The notes beneath the pieces are model-generated. The model worked only from the letters and a program-made list of their open reading frames with translations, ran no database searches and was not told where the DNA came from. Shown here in pieces: positions 61,653 to 64,000 of a stretch of 64,000 nt of DNA. The stretch comes from the human T2T-CHM13v2.0 reference genome, Homo sapiens. The translations under genes were made by a program, and so were the position numbers. The stretch lies in NCBI RefSeq assembly GCF_009914755.1, contig NC_060928.1, one strand, 5' to 3'. Numbering within the stretch: the stretch's first letter is position 1; each line of letters opens with the position of its first letter.

Positions 61653-63168
61653 CTGAAAGAAAATGGGGGATTCAAGATGCATTGAAAAAATGTCTATTTA
61701 TTCATACAAAACACTCATTGAGATTATTACGCACTAGGCCTAAGATAAAATGAGCAAGGCAGAGACAGTCCCTCACTGTGAAGTGTACGTATTTATCCAC
61801 TCACAAGTACTTCTTGAGCATCTTCTATGTGCCAACATTGTAGATTTGGGGTGGAGAGGGTCATAGCCCATAGTGCTAGCCTTGAAAAGGAACAATATAT
61901 TCTATTTGTGCTCCACCTGGAGATATTGAGGAAACACACTACTTAAAAAGTTGGGGGAGACCATTACATGATATCATTTAAGCAAATGTGCAGTGGTATA
62001 GGCAGAGTAATTTGAGGTAGGATTGTGAAATAGATGACATTTGATTGCAGTGCTCCACTTCTGTTTTTATATGTATATTTCCTTTCTCTGAGTGTCTCTG
62101 AGGCTCCTCAGCCCCTTCTTGTGGTCTCCCCCTTAATATTCACCATCTATGTCCTCACAGTGAATTCAAGGCCAAATAACTAATTTGATAAACTAATCTC
62201 TAGTAAATTGCCATGGAAAATAATTTAGGGTTAGTCTCTTAAATAAAAGATATGAATTTTAACTTCAGCCTTGTAGAGACACCTGGAATACAACCATCAT
62301 GCCTCATATTATAATTATGCTGTTAATTTATGTGCAAACATCAGTGCAAGGTACTATGTGTTAAGCACTAAGGTGATGCGTAAAGGAATAAGATGCTAGC
62401 TCTATCTATCAGGGGTCTCATGAGTTAACAAGGGGGAGAGATCAATATAGAGACAACTTTGATCAAGGCAGTTAATAGCATGGGCGGAATAGGCACAGTG
62501 CCAAGAGAGGGCTGAGCTTTCACCGGTGCCAGCTGTTGTGCACGCCTGAGATTCTGACGCTTGATGTTAATGGGCGTTTGTAGCTAAACCTGTTGTCACA
62601 TTTCTCTAATGAAACCAAGCCCTAGGCAGGGAAGTGGAGAAGTGAGGGGTGACCCCAGTATAACAGAGGAGCAGGGCAATTAGTGAGCTCCCCATGGGAA
62701 AGATAACCTCTAGAAAGAGAAGGCAGGGCTCTGAGGTCCAGCCATTCCCATCCACATGAAGAATCTCTGTTCTTTCATTAGCTTGGAAGGTCCAGGTCCA
62801 ATTTTTCCAAAGAGTTAGCTTTTTCTTAAATTCATACATAGCTTTTCAGAGATAGAAGCGGGGCTGATGAAAGGTTACTGTCCCAGCCTACCGGGTCCAA
62901 AGACTTTTGAAGGAGTTTTGTCTTTGTGGTTTAACCCAGCAATGATGAATACTGGTAATTCCAGGTCAAGCTGGGGGAAAGATAGTGCCCTGGCAGGGCA
63001 ACAAGGATACAACTGTGGGCAGCCAGTGCCTTAATTACCACTCAAGTTACACTCAGCTTTGGAGGCTTATGCCAGGAAGATAGGTCATGAAACTTATCTA
63101 CAGGTCCCAAGTGCATCCTCAGGTCTCCTGGATCCTTCCCTTCTTGTATTTTCATTCCTGTGACATAG

Positions 63169-63505
<337 letters not shown>

Positions 63506-64000
63506 GGCAATGCATCCTCTCTTAGCAGTCACCAGAATAATCCTTAAACACAATTACACTGTGTTAATTATATAGATAAGGGTAGTTTTCTTCTAATGTT
63601 TTTTGGAGGCTGATCCTAAAGTATTGAAAGCTTCCACCTACCTCATCTCATCTAAGTTAATTTCTTCATCCCTCTATGTTACACACACTCTCCTCTCCAA
63701 CCCAGAAACACAATTTAGGCTTATCTGCTGAAGCATGTTGTTACACTATCTGTGCTATTTACTTCTCTGGATGCTTTATCCAGAGAAGTTACCCCAAAGC
63801 TGGCTTTACACGTGTTATTCTAGGAAACCTCTAATCATTGACTCTAACTTAACCTTTCACATCTGGAGTCAATGCTTCCAGTATTAATATTAATTTGCTT
63901 GTGAACCTGCTTGTTTCGATTTCTTTATTCCAAATGTGTTATTTTGTTGTTTCATGTCACATTCTAACTTCCTAAGGAGCTTTCAAAGCCTTGAGATCGG

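Overview
Primate (very likely human or ape) genomic DNA, mostly interspersed repeats. These include about 19 Alus, three near-full-length L1s (L1PB1-like, a spliced L1PA6, L1PA5), older L1M/L1MA/L1MB fragments, MaLR/ERV LTRs, L2/MIR and hAT DNA transposons. Almost all ORF-track entries are repeat-derived. The main non-repeat signal is a set of phase-compatible exons on the minus strand (61652-61592, 61287-61143, 60845-60769, probably 60507-60469, then 27091-27044 and 25316-25080). They encode the C-terminal half of a CNBD2-like cyclic-nucleotide-binding-domain protein that is clearly not CNBD2 itself. Its N-terminal exons should lie beyond the right edge, and it may be an unannotated gene or a unitary pseudogene. 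Notable retrotransposition and repair scars: a spliced L1 joined exactly at +97, an L1 with permuted ORF2 segments, two perfect 35-37 bp hairpins, a short 3' transduction and several templated duplications. Subfamily names and protein homologies come from recalled consensus sequences, not from a search.
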